64,000 bases of DNA from Chloroflexota bacterium (lineage in GTDB: Bacteria; Chloroflexota; UBA11872; VXOZ01), in assembly GCA_963663275.1 (NCBI GenBank), contig OY760183.1, forward strand, positions 1,024,001 through 1,088,000. The letters are read 5' to 3'. The notes under the pieces were generated by a model. That model saw only the letters and a list, made by a program, of their open reading frames with translations, made no database searches and was not told the origin of the DNA. Below are positions 35,436 to 45,261 of this stretch, piece by piece; positions within the stretch are counted from its first letter, which is position 1; each line of letters begins with the position of its first letter. A program made the position numbers and the translations under genes.

Positions 35436-36438
35436 AGCCCTGCGTCTCCTCGTGCCCAGCAAGGGCCGCATCGGGGAACAGACCCTCGAATTCCTGGCGG
35501 GGAGCGGCTTGGCCGTGGCGCGCTCCAATTCACGCGCCTACCAGGCCGCGCTGCCGGCGGTAGCGGACGTGACCGTGCTCTTCCAACGGGCGTGGCAACT
35601 GGTGGAACAGATCCGCGACGGCGACGCCGACGCCGGCATCACCGGCTTCGACATCCTCTCCGAAATGCGGCAGGAAGGCGACGACCTGGTGGTGGTGGCG
35701 GCAGACCTGGGCTACTCCCAGGGGCGGCTGGCGATTGCCGTGCCGGAGGCCTGGATCGACGTGCGCACGTTGACCGACCTGGCGGAAGTGGCGCTGGAGT
35801 TTCGCGAGCGGGGCCGGGTGCTGCGCATCGCCACCACGTTCCCCAGCCTGACGCGCCGGTTTCTCTTTCAACAGGGCATCACCTACTTTCACGTGGTGCA
35901 GGCCGAGGGCGGATTGGAAGCCGCGCCCACCCTGGGCTACGCGGACATCATCGTCGATCTGGTCTCCACCGGCGCCACGCTCAAGGACAACCGCCTGAAG
36001 ATGATCGAACACGGCGTAATCCTGCCCACCCAGGCGTGCTTGATCGCTAATCGCGAACGGCTGCGCGCCAGTCCGGGCAAGCGGGAGGCCTTGCGCCAAA
36101 TCCTGGAGTTCGTGGAAGCCTCGCAACGGGCAAAGCCCTACTCCACGCTTACCGCCAACATCCGGGGAGAATCCGCGGCGGCGGTGGCGGCAAGGCTGGC
36201 GGCCTTTCCGGAAGTCAGCGGCTTGCTGGGCCCCACGGTGGCGCGGGTGTTCCCCAGCGACGAGCGGGACGCCGCCTGGTTCGCCGTCACCATTCAGGTG
36301 AAGTCGCGGGACTTGCTGCCGGCGGTGGCGCGATTGCGCCAGGCCGGCTGCGCCAGCGTCTCCGTCGCTGCGCCGCAGTACATCTTCGCCAACGAGTGCG
36401 AACTCTACCGGCGGCTGCTGAAGACCTTGAAACTATGA
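35428..36438 (+). CDS. hisG: ATP phosphoribosyltransferase (long form)
   Basis: PSKGRI, DAGITGFD, IATTFP, EAAPTLGYAD.IVDLVSTGATL, C-terminal regulatory domain (GLLGPTV). Confidence 0.93.
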   Translation: MAEALRLLVPSKGRIGEQTLEFLAGSGLAVARSNSRAYQAALPAVADVTVLFQRAWQLVEQIRDGDADAGITGFDILSEMRQEGDDLVVVAADLGYSQGRLAIAVPEAWIDVRTLTDLAEVALEFRERGRVLRIATTFPSLTRRFLFQQGITYFHVVQAEGGLEAAPTLGYADIIVDLVSTGATLKDNRLKMIEHGVILPTQACLIANRERLRASPGKREALRQILEFVEASQRAKPYSTLTANIRGESAAAVAARLAAFPEVSGLLGPTVARVFPSDERDAAWFAVTIQVKSRDLLPAVARLRQAGCASVSVAAPQYIFANECELYRRLLKTLKL

Positions 36439-36522
36439 AGCGTGACGCGCCCGGGGTAGACCGCGGCGGCGCGTTTATGGTACGTACAACACACGGCACA
36501 GGCACAAGGGTAGTGGAATATC

Positions 36523-37416
36523 ATGTTTGACATTGTCGGCCGCAGAAAGTGGGCCTACGTTGTATCCGCGCTGATACTGGCGCCCAGCATCCTCTCGCTC
36601 ATCATCTTTCGCTTGCAACTGGGCATCGACTTTTCCGGCGGCACGATCTATGAACTGCGCTTCGCGTCCACCCCGCCCACCGAGGCGATCAAGCGCGTCT
36701 ACCTGGAGCAAGACCTGGGCGAACCGCTGGTGCAGGCCACGGGCGAAGGCTCGGTGATCGTCCGCTCCAAGGAACTCGGGCTGGAAGAGAAGCAGGCCGT
36801 GCGCGCCGCGCTGGAGGAAGAACACGGCCAGGCGGAAGAGTTGCGCTTCGAGGCCGTGGGGCCGGTGATTGCCCGCGAACTGACGCAGCGCGCGATTCTG
36901 GCGGTGCTGGTGGCCTCCGTGGGCATTTTGGTCTACATAACGTGGGCCTTCCGCCATGTGCCGCAGCCTTTCCGCTACGGCGTCTGCGCCATTTGCGCGC
37001 TGGTGCACGACGTGTTGGTGGTGCTGGGCGTTTTCTCCGTGCTGGGATTCCTGGTGAATAAAGAGATCGACTCGATGTTCATCACGGCGATTCTCACCGC
37101 CATCGGCTATTCAGTGCACGATACGATCGTGGTCTTCGACCGGGTGCGGGAAAACCGCGCCAAATATACCCACGCGCCGCTGCCCACCGTGGTGAACTTC
37201 AGCGTCAACCAGACGATCGACCGTTCCCTCAATACGTCCATCACCCTGCTCATCACGCTCTTTGCCCTCTACCTCTTCGGCGGCCTGGCAATCAAGGACT
37301 TCGTCCTGGCGCTCCTGATCGGCACCGCCACCGGCACCTATTCCTCCATCTTCATCGCCGCCAGCCTGCTGGTGGATTGGGACATCTTCTCCCGACGCCA
37401 GGTCGAGCCGGCGTAG
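36523..37416 (+). CDS. secF: Protein translocase subunit SecF
   Basis: LGIDFSGG, VGPVIA, HDV, GYSVHDTIVVFDRVREN, RSLNTS, GTYSSIFIA. Confidence 0.97.
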   Translation: MFDIVGRRKWAYVVSALILAPSILSLIIFRLQLGIDFSGGTIYELRFASTPPTEAIKRVYLEQDLGEPLVQATGEGSVIVRSKELGLEEKQAVRAALEEEHGQAEELRFEAVGPVIARELTQRAILAVLVASVGILVYITWAFRHVPQPFRYGVCAICALVHDVLVVLGVFSVLGFLVNKEIDSMFITAILTAIGYSVHDTIVVFDRVRENRAKYTHAPLPTVVNFSVNQTIDRSLNTSITLLITLFALYLFGGLAIKDFVLALLIGTATGTYSSIFIAASLLVDWDIFSRRQVEPA

Positions 37417-37617
37417 CCCCGGTCCGGCAGGCGAAATAACTCCCTCTCCCTCAGGGAGAGGGCCGGGGTGAGGGGGGGACGAGAGAAAGGTAGACACTCC
37501 GGTAGCGCAGGTTTGCAACCTGCGCCGTAGCGCCGCTGCCTCGTTGGGCCGTCGCCCCGCCTCAACGGCAAACACCGCCACGCACAACCGCCCCTCGAAC
37601 CAACGATCCCGCGCCAA

Positions 37618-38766
37618 CTACGGCACGGCGATGCGCGGCAGATCCGGGTTGATGCGGCTCACAATCTCGTAATTGATCGTCCCCACGTGGGCGGCCAGGC
37701 GCTCCGCCGGCATCCCGGGTCCCAGCAGCGTCACCTCATCACCCACCCGCGCACCAGAAACGTCGGTCACGTCGAGAATGGTCATGTTCATCATCACGCG
37801 CCCGACAACGGCTGCCAGCTTGCCGCGAATAACGACCTCCCCCAGATTCGACAGCTTGCGGTCGTAGCCGTCGGCATACCCCACCGGAATCACCGCCAGG
37901 CGCGAGTCGCGCCGCAAGCGATGGGTGCGGCCGTAGCCCACGGTTTCGCCGCGCGCCGCCTGCTGCACATGCACGATGCGCGTCTTCCAGCACAGCGCCG
38001 GTCGGAGCGTGAGCGGACGCGCAGCGCGTTCCGTCATGGCGATCTGCGTATCCAGCGACGGCCACAAGCCGTAGAGACCGATGCCGATGCGCGCCAACGT
38101 GCCGTGTGCGGCCGGCGCCACCATGGCCGCGGCGCTCGCCGCCATGTGTTGGTAGGGCACGTGGAGGCCGGCGCGTGCCAAGCCCGCCTGAACCTCCGCG
38201 AAACGGCTCATCTGCAATTGGAGATAGGAGTCATCCGCCGTATCTTCCGCCGTGGCAAAGTGGGTGTAAATGCCCTCGACTTCAAGGTTCGGCATGGCCC
38301 GCAACCGGCGGACGAAGGCGAGCGCCTGGTCGAACGCCACGCCCAGGCGGAACGTGCCGGTCTCGATCTTCACGTGCACGGCGGCGGTCGTGTTGTGCCG
38401 CGCCGCCGCCTGCGCCAGCGCCTCGGCGGACTCCTGATCGAAGACCACCTGCCGGAACCCATGGCGCGCGACGTCGGCGGCCCGGCCCGGCGGCGTGTAC
38501 CCCATGATCAGCACCGGCAGCGGGCGGGCGTCCTGGGTAACGGTCAGGCCGCCGTGGTGGAGCGCCAAGGCTTCGTCAAGGGTATCGACCCCCAGCCAAT
38601 CAACGTGATCCGCGATGCCGCGGGCGACGACCCTCAACCCATGACCGTAGGCGTTGGCCTTGACCACGGCCAACAGCGCGGCGTCGGGGCTGAGCCGCTC
38701 CCTGAAGGCGGCGACATTGTGCCGCAAGGCGGCGCGGCTGATTTCGATCCAGGAAAGGGGTTCCAT
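37618..38766 (-). CDS. alr: Alanine racemase
   Basis: AVVKANAYGHG, HVKIETG, THFA, GYADG, GRVMMN, GTINYEI. Confidence 0.96.
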   Translation of the reverse strand: MEPLSWIEISRAALRHNVAAFRERLSPDAALLAVVKANAYGHGLRVVARGIADHVDWLGVDTLDEALALHHGGLTVTQDARPLPVLIMGYTPPGRAADVARHGFRQVVFDQESAEALAQAAARHNTTAAVHVKIETGTFRLGVAFDQALAFVRRLRAMPNLEVEGIYTHFATAEDTADDSYLQLQMSRFAEVQAGLARAGLHVPYQHMAASAAAMVAPAAHGTLARIGIGLYGLWPSLDTQIAMTERAARPLTLRPALCWKTRIVHVQQAARGETVGYGRTHRLRRDSRLAVIPVGYADGYDRKLSNLGEVVIRGKLAAVVGRVMMNMTILDVTDVSGARVGDEVTLLGPGMPAERLAAHVGTINYEIVSRINPDLPRIAVP

Positions 38767-38909
38767 GATTTAATCGTTCGGGCCCGGTTGGAGGGGCACG
38801 AGCCTGTAACGGCTGGAGGCTCCATGACCCGCATTAACGCGGATTCTTGACCACAATGGTGTCGCGCTAACGTAGCGCGGAGGCAAATCGAAAGTGATGT
38901 CGCTCTACC

Positions 38910-39161
38910 GTAGCGCGGGGGCTTGTCCCCCGCCTCTGGAAATTCGGTTGCGCTGGCATGGCGGGAACCGGCGCAGGTTGAAAACCTACGCTACCGGAGG
39001 GAACCGCTTAGCTCAATTACATCCCGTAGCGCGGGGGCTTGTCCCCCGCCTTTGAAAACTCGATTGCGCCGGTGTGACGGGAACCCGCGCAGGTTGAAAA
39101 CCCACGCTACCGGAGGGAACCGCTTAGCTCGATCACATCCCGTAGCGCGGGGGCTTGTCCC
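38910..39161. repeat. Three 116-bp tandem REP-doublet units; the third is interrupted by IS4 and continues at 40356-40443
   Basis: GTAG at 38910, 39026 and 39142 with conserved spacers. Confidence 0.88.
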
Positions 39162-40355
39162 CAATGCTGTCGCATTAACCGCTGAAGCGGAGTGCGCGGG
39201 GCAAGGAAGCGGCAAGCGTTCGCAGCCAAGAGACGCGAGTGCTGCTAGCTGGACGTAGTTCCTCTAAGAGCTGTGCGAGCACGGCCACGATGCTGGCGAC
39301 CACCAAGGTGAGCCAGACGGCGGCACGGCTGTATCCAATGGGGCGGATTGCGCCCAACACATGCTTCAGCCAGCGAAAGAACAACTCGATCTGCCAGCGC
39401 TTGCGGTAGAGCCACACCACCTCTGGAGCGCTCAGGTCGTGACGGTCGGTGATGAAGTGGTGCGTTTTCCCCTGCGCCGTACGGCTGACCACCAGGCGCA
39501 TCTCTGCTAAGACCGCGCCGTTGCGGTTGTTGGCGCTGCCCAGCACGATCACCGCATCCCGCACCACCACGTCTCCTGCCGGCGTGCGCGCGCCGGTCAC
39601 GGCACGCTCGCGCACCACGCAGTAGGCAGCCTGCGGGTGCAGGCGCGTCACGAAGTGCACACCTGCCTCCCGCATCTGCGCAAAGACCCGATGCGCGTAG
39701 TAGCCCAAGTCTAGCAAGAGCGTCCAGCCCTGCCACCGCGCCAGACCCCAACGCTTGAACGCCGTCACGTCATTCGCGTCCGCCAACGTCACCTGTAACC
39801 GCGTCGGCACCTGTGTGTCCACGGCATATGCCATCTGCAGCCGTACTCCCGCCTCATGTCCTTGGTGCACGCTCCACGGACTACACGCCGCGCTCAGCGC
39901 CAGAAAACTGCCGTCCACCGCCACCACCCGCCGTACGTGCGCCGGCCCACGTGCTTGCACCTGCCGCGCCAACACCTCCCACGCCGCCGTAAAACACGCC
40001 AACGGCCGCGTCTGGGATGAACGTGCCAACTGACTGTAACTTATGCCCGACGCTAAACCCAACCGCCGTCGCCACACCACATCACCCATCTGCAGCCCAT
40101 GGCTTTGCCGCAGGCTCCCACTCCCACTCAGCACGTGTCCAAGCAGCATCCCCACATGCGCTCGCACCGAAAAATGCTTGCGATAGCGATCCGCTCCCCT
40201 CACCCGTGCTGCCGCCGTCAGCGCCGGCTCCAACTCACGCCATAGCCGCCGTCCTACTCCTACCGTCTGTGCTACCATTAGCCAGGGCTCCTTTGTAAGA
40301 TATATCGCTCATTACCTTACTAAAGTAGCCCCTTCACTTTAATGCGACAACATTG
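39162..40355 (-). mobile_element. Complete IS4-family element (1194 bp)
   Basis: TIRs CAATGCTGTCGCATTAA / TTAATGCGACAACATTG (16/17); 11-bp TSD GGGCTTGTCCC at 39151-39161 and 40356-40366. Confidence 0.95.
39175..40278 (-). CDS. IS4 family DDE transposase
   Basis: VAVDGS, LLDLGY, YRKRWQIELFFRWLK (YREK motif); stop codon lies inside the TIR. Confidence 0.95.
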   Translation of the reverse strand: MVAQTVGVGRRLWRELEPALTAAARVRGADRYRKHFSVRAHVGMLLGHVLSGSGSLRQSHGLQMGDVVWRRRLGLASGISYSQLARSSQTRPLACFTAAWEVLARQVQARGPAHVRRVVAVDGSFLALSAACSPWSVHQGHEAGVRLQMAYAVDTQVPTRLQVTLADANDVTAFKRWGLARWQGWTLLLDLGYYAHRVFAQMREAGVHFVTRLHPQAAYCVVRERAVTGARTPAGDVVVRDAVIVLGSANNRNGAVLAEMRLVVSRTAQGKTHHFITDRHDLSAPEVVWLYRKRWQIELFFRWLKHVLGAIRPIGYSRAAVWLTLVVASIVAVLAQLLEELRPASSTRVSWLRTLAASLPRALRFSG

Positions 40356-40468
40356 GGGCTTGTCCCCCGCCTTTGGGAACTCGATTGCGCTGGCATGGCG
40401 GGAACCCGCGCAGGTTGAAAACCTACGCTACCGGAGGGAACCGGCTGGAACATTGTATCGAAAATACC

Positions 40469-40835
40469 GGTAGCGCAGGTTTGTAACCTGCGTCTTCCGT
40501 AGGGTCAATGCATTTCGTTCTCGCTCTTGTTCCGGCGGGTGACAAGCCCCCGCGCTACGAGTAGTGAACGGGCGGGTGACAAGCCCCCGCGCTACGGGTA
40601 GTGAACGGGCGGGTGACAAGCCCCCGCGCTACGGGTAGTGAACGAGCGGGTGACAAGCCCCCGCGCTACGGGTAGTGAACGGACGAGGGACAGGCCCCCG
40701 CGCTACGGGTAGTGAACGGGTGGGGGACAAGCCCCCGCGCTATGGGTAGTGAACGGGCGGAGGACAAGCCCCCACGCTATGGGAAGTGAACGGGCGGGTG
40801 ACAAGCCCCCGCGCTACGTTAATGCGACAGCATTG
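40469..40835. mobile_element. IS4-ended MITE copy with its internal REP amplified to eight 37-bp units
   Basis: GACAAGCCCCCGCGCTACGGGTAGTGAACGG units every 37 bp (40541 to 40800), then TTAATGCGACAGCATTG + GGGCTTGTCCC. Confidence 0.82.
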
Positions 40836-40905
40836 GGGCTTGTCCCCCCGCTGCTTGGCGTCGAAGGCAAAGGCCGTCTTGGGCAGAGATTTAGGCAAAA
40901 CTCCC

Positions 40906-41694
40906 CTAGGCCCGCACGCCGCTGAGGACCACCTCATGGCGGGTCAGGCGCAAGTCGTCGCCCACCTGTTGCGGCGCCAGGCCGGCCAGATCGCCATCGA
41001 CCGCTTCCCAGAGCATCGTCCTGACGATCTCGCGGTTCTCATCGGTCGTGTTCGCGGTTTCCAGCCACTCGCTGGCCAGCACCTCCCGCTGCAAGAGCCG
41101 GGTCTCAGCCACGGGGCAGCCCACGTCCGCCATCATCCGGCGCAACTGGCTTGGGCTGAAGGCTTGCACGTGGGAGTGCCCGCGCAGGCGTTCCATGCGG
41201 TTGAAGTAGGCCGCCTTCCCGGCATCCTCCGGCATCCCGAACTCGCCGATGACCAGCCGTCCGCCGGGCGCCAGCACCCGCGCCATCTCTTGCAGGGCGG
41301 GCACGGCGTGGGTGAAGTGATGAACGCTGAAGCGGCAGGTAACGATGCTAAACAGCGCGTCCGGGAATGGCAGGCGGGTGGCGTCGGCGGCGGCCAGGGC
41401 GACCCGCTCTCCACTCCGGCCTTTGCCATTGGTCTCTTCTTGTTCAGCCGCGCGGGCGAGCATGGCGGCGGTGAAATCCACGCCGGTAACGCAGCCGCCG
41501 TCCGTGATCGCCTCCGCCAGGGCAAACGCCACCAGCCCCGTGCCGGTGGCCACGTCCAGCGCCTGCGCCCCGGGGCCCGGCGCGGCCATTTCAACCATCG
41601 CCTCAACCGTATCGCCCTGCCCGCCCGTATAGGTAGCCGCCCGCTCCGTAAAATGCTGCCGCACGTCCTGATCCGACGGCGCTTGTTCGCTCAT
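40906..41694 (-). CDS. Class I SAM-dependent methyltransferase (UbiE-like)
   Basis: ALDVATGTG, VTGVDF, ADATRLPFPD, RVLAPGGRL. Confidence 0.9.
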   Translation of the reverse strand: MSEQAPSDQDVRQHFTERAATYTGGQGDTVEAMVEMAAPGPGAQALDVATGTGLVAFALAEAITDGGCVTGVDFTAAMLARAAEQEETNGKGRSGERVALAAADATRLPFPDALFSIVTCRFSVHHFTHAVPALQEMARVLAPGGRLVIGEFGMPEDAGKAAYFNRMERLRGHSHVQAFSPSQLRRMMADVGCPVAETRLLQREVLASEWLETANTTDENREIVRTMLWEAVDGDLAGLAPQQVGDDLRLTRHEVVLSGVRA

Positions 41695-41796
41695 GCGTAG
41701 TCTCCCGTTTCCTCTCACGTACACTCAAAGTCAGATCGCCATTCACCAAAGGTGCCTCGTTGTAAGACTGGCGCCTAAAGCCACTGCCAGTCGCGT

Positions 41797-42885
41797 CTAG
41801 TTCTCTAGCAGAGAGTCGATTCGCTCGTTCCAGCGAGCCTTGATGGTCTGAGGCACGTCTGGCTGGTCAAGCAATGCAAGCAACTCCGCGTTGAAGATAC
41901 TTCTTCCTCTTCTTCCCGTAGTAACCAACAACATGAAGATCCACTCCTTAATGTGCACGAAATTGACCTCATGACCCTGGGCAAAGTAACGTTGCGCTTG
42001 CTGCAACGCATCTGTCCTAGGGGCGGCAGTACCCAATAAGAACAGGTAATCTCCAATTCCGGATGGCGCGATCTTGGTGTTGAACGTAGCCGTGAGGCGA
42101 GAACTATCTACCAGTCTCTCAGTTACTTCCACTGCCAAGATCGTCTCGTCACCATCCTTAATCGTTATGTCTCCTCCTGCGCCTGACGGTCTATCGGCCA
42201 CATTGATGCCTTGCCAAGCTATCGTCCAATGCAACTCGAAGTAAGCCTTGATCGTATTGAACATCGCGACGACCAGTACAACCGGCAATAGGCCGCCACT
42301 CGGAGTATCAAGGAGGCTGGAGATCAGAACGTCATACTGTGGCAAACTAATGCGCTGCAGCCGAGTAAGTGGTATGTCGGCAGCCTCCCGAAGCGCAACA
42401 AACCGAAAGAGTAGATAACGAAGAAACTGCTTGAGCTCACCGTCATCCGAGGTCAGCCGAAGACGTGTAATCAGTGAAAGGAACGCATCGTAGCCTTTCT
42501 TGTCCCGCAATCCAGTCCTGATTTCAGCAGTGAACTGAATTGAACGACGAAAGACGCTCAAATACGGGCCACGCGAACAAGGCACTCTTCTCTCTTGCAA
42601 GAAAGGATTGATCACCCTTTCGTCAAGAGTTCTGCCAGTAAACGCATCGGGCCCCAGGTCTACATAAGGCTTGCGAATGTCGATGTCTTTGTCCAAGATT
42701 CGCGCTACGGTACATCCTAAGACTACCTCGCGATATGCCTGGGTTCTTGATTCAAATATTAGGTCGCAAGCCTCCGCAGACTCGTCATCAACATCAGGAA
42801 TGATCCCCTGCAAGACACCTTCCTCAATAGATCCAATTATGTCTTCTAACAGTTTTCTCGCCGCACCATAGTCAATAGTAGACAT
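41797..42885 (-). CDS. Type II restriction endonuclease, SacI-family-like
   Basis: Low GC; GRTLDERVINPFL, PYL, IN.AD...GAGGDI...AVEV (PD-D/ExK-like); downstream of an MTase. Confidence 0.75.
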   Translation of the reverse strand: MSTIDYGAARKLLEDIIGSIEEGVLQGIIPDVDDESAEACDLIFESRTQAYREVVLGCTVARILDKDIDIRKPYVDLGPDAFTGRTLDERVINPFLQERRVPCSRGPYLSVFRRSIQFTAEIRTGLRDKKGYDAFLSLITRLRLTSDDGELKQFLRYLLFRFVALREAADIPLTRLQRISLPQYDVLISSLLDTPSGGLLPVVLVVAMFNTIKAYFELHWTIAWQGINVADRPSGAGGDITIKDGDETILAVEVTERLVDSSRLTATFNTKIAPSGIGDYLFLLGTAAPRTDALQQAQRYFAQGHEVNFVHIKEWIFMLLVTTGRRGRSIFNAELLALLDQPDVPQTIKARWNERIDSLLEN

Positions 42886-43063
42886 TGCACAAGAGCCTGG
42901 GCCAATAGTGGATTAGACAATAGGCCGAATTGCAGACAGGTAGGGACAAAAATCGCTAAATCACGTTCGCTTCTGAAACTGAACGCTAATCACGAATCAG
43001 ACTGAAAGCGAGGCATGTCTGCGAAAGTCATGCCGCGATGTCGCACACAATCACAAACGGCGC

Positions 43064-43975
43064 TCAGTAATTCATCCAAAGAGCCTCTTGCCGCAATTGC
43101 TTTACCGAGTGGCAGTACTTCTCCGGCGCGTCATAGCGGCGCCAGCCGGCGTAGAGTTCATCCATCAAGTCGCAGCTATAGCCGGACACTGCCACTTTGC
43201 CGACGCAGCCATTGAGCAGCTTTGCAAGTTCACGGTGTTCGTCTTCATCCATCTCGAAACCGTATGCCTTGCTATCGCCCCGCGTGCTGTGGAGATAGGG
43301 GGGATCACAGTAGAAGAGCGTCTCAGCGTCATCGTAGAGTCGGATCACGTCACTCGCCGGCCGATTCTCGATTTGCACACTCAGCAACCGCTCCGCCACT
43401 TCCGGCAAGTGTTCCACGCTTCCCAGCCAGCGCGAAACCGCCCCCGACATCCCGGCGCGGCTCGTCTTCTTGCAATTTGCCCACCGTCCAAGAGTTGCGG
43501 TTTGCGCCAGACCCGTTCTCGCTTGCCGAGCACGCACGAAGAACAAGCGCGCCCGCTCCACATCAGAGACTAAGCCGTTGTCACAACTAATCGCACTATA
43601 GAATTCCTCCCGCGAAAACGGCGTGATGCCAATCGCCCGCATGAGCGCATCGGGGCTGTCGCGCAAGACCCGAAAGAAATTCGCCACTTCCCCATCAATG
43701 TCATTGTAGGTCTCGACCGGAGAAGACTCGCGGTTGATCAACACCGCAGCCGAACCGGCAAAGGGTTCGCAGTAGTGGTGGGCAGCGGGCAGCAACGGCA
43801 GCAACCACTCAAGATGGGAAAACTTCCCCCCATACCAGCCAAAGACGATCTTCCGTTTACGCCTGCGCGGACGCACAATCGTTGGATACTTGCCGTCGGC
43901 TTCTGCAAAGTCCAGGTAAATCGGGGATAACGACTTCCGCACCGTAAGGAACCTCTCCCGTACTCCGGTAGCCAA
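43064..43975 (-). CDS. DNA adenine methyltransferase (Dam/D12 alpha class)
   Basis: WYGGK, EPFAGS, ND.DGE, FYCDPPY; exact start uncertain. Confidence 0.92.
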   Translation of the reverse strand: MATGVRERFLTVRKSLSPIYLDFAEADGKYPTIVRPRRRKRKIVFGWYGGKFSHLEWLLPLLPAAHHYCEPFAGSAAVLINRESSPVETYNDIDGEVANFFRVLRDSPDALMRAIGITPFSREEFYSAISCDNGLVSDVERARLFFVRARQARTGLAQTATLGRWANCKKTSRAGMSGAVSRWLGSVEHLPEVAERLLSVQIENRPASDVIRLYDDAETLFYCDPPYLHSTRGDSKAYGFEMDEDEHRELAKLLNGCVGKVAVSGYSCDLMDELYAGWRRYDAPEKYCHSVKQLRQEALWMNY

Positions 43976-44041
43976 GTTTACAATACCACTTCAAGGAAGC
44001 GCCTGCATACAGGTCATGTTGGGGCGAATCCAACAAGAGAG

Positions 44042-44896
44042 CTACGCCCCGGCAAGATACGGCGGCGCTGCCGCGCCGACGTTCGCCTCCAGTTCTTCCG
44101 TATTCATCACGCCGGTGATGCACGCCGCGACGTGGGGGTGGCCGAGCACGAACTTGATAGCGGCTTCGTGAAGCGACTGAACCGGCGGCTTGACCAATTC
44201 GCGGGTCAAGCGTTCCACCGCCGCCTCGTCTTGAAAGAGCCGGCCGGAGGCGAAGGGCGACCGCGCCAGCACGCCGACGTCCCTTTCCGCGCACAGCGGG
44301 AAGAGTTCCGCCGCCGCCTCTTGCAGCAACACGCTGTACGACACTTCAACCACCTCCGCGTATCCCCGCCGCACCGCCGCCAGGCAGGCCGCCACCGAGG
44401 ACGAAAGCCCGATGCTGCGCACCTTGCCCGCCTGCTGCAATTCGCGCAGCGTCTCCCACGGCTCTTCGCGCGTGACAACATCCACCGGCGGGTCGTGCAA
44501 GAGATACGCGTCGATGTAGTCGGTCTGCAAGCGGCGCAGGCTCAGTTCGCACTCGTGGCGGATGTACCACGGCTCGTAGCATTGCGGCTGCGGCGCGTCC
44601 CGCTGCTGGAAGAGCGTCTGCGCCCCGTCGATCCCCACCAGGTAGCCCGCCTTTGTGATGAGGACCGCCTCCGCGCGCCGTTCCCGAAACGTCTCGCCCA
44701 GAATCACCTCCGACCGGCCGTTGCCGTACGCGTCGGAGAGATCGTAGGTGGTAACGCCCAAGTCAAGCGCGCGGCGCAGAATCGCCGCGCCGTCCTCGGC
44801 GTCGATTGCGCCCCACCACAGCCCGCCGAGTTCCCAGGTTCCCAGCGCGAAGGCCGAAACCTCGATACCGGTTGCGCCCAGTTCGCGAGTTTCCAT
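44042..44896 (-). CDS. Aldo/keto reductase
   Basis: METRELG.TG, LGTW, D.SDAYG.GRSE, SLRRLQTDYID.YLLH, GKVRSIGLS. Confidence 0.93.
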   Translation of the reverse strand: METRELGATGIEVSAFALGTWELGGLWWGAIDAEDGAAILRRALDLGVTTYDLSDAYGNGRSEVILGETFRERRAEAVLITKAGYLVGIDGAQTLFQQRDAPQPQCYEPWYIRHECELSLRRLQTDYIDAYLLHDPPVDVVTREEPWETLRELQQAGKVRSIGLSSSVAACLAAVRRGYAEVVEVSYSVLLQEAAAELFPLCAERDVGVLARSPFASGRLFQDEAAVERLTRELVKPPVQSLHEAAIKFVLGHPHVAACITGVMNTEELEANVGAAAPPYLAGA

Positions 44897-44929
44897 TTGC
44901 GCTCTCCTCTTTCTCCTGCTGTTCCAACG

Positions 44930-45261
44930 GAGACCTTTGCGAAACCTCACTGAGAGGCGACCAGTCCCCTCTCCCCGAGGGAGAGGGTTAGGGTGAGGGG
45001 GAGATTATGCGCGACTCATACCAATTCTTGCGAAATGGGGTGGAACCGGCGAGGATTCCCCCTCACCCCGGCCCTCTCCCCAGGAGGCCTTTGCGAAACT
45101 CTGCCAAACACTTGATTTTGGACTGAATCGGCGCAGATTCCCCTCACCCCGGCCCTCTCCCCAGGGAGAGGGAGTCTGATCGCGAGCCGACCTGTGTTAC
45201 GCAAAGGTCTCCCAGGGAGAGGGCGCCTTCTCGCCTGCTGGCCTAGTTATGCAAAGGTCTC
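44930..45261. mobile_element. IS5-like MITE (TSD CAACG) containing a nested second MITE (45084-45211, TSD CCAG)
   Basis: Outer TIRs GAGACCTTTGCGAAAC / GTTATGCAAAGGTCTC; inner TIRs GAGGCCTTTGCGAAAC / GTTACGCAAAGGTCTC. Confidence 0.85.

Noticed and set aside
40534-40817. CRISPR array candidate (37-bp period)
   Set aside because: Contiguous tandem units with the same short linker, not repeat-spacer structure.
39162-40835. Composite transposon using the distal perfect IR at 40819-40835
   Set aside because: The interrupted 116-bp unit resumes at 40356, so the IS ends at 40355; the distal end belongs to a separate MITE.
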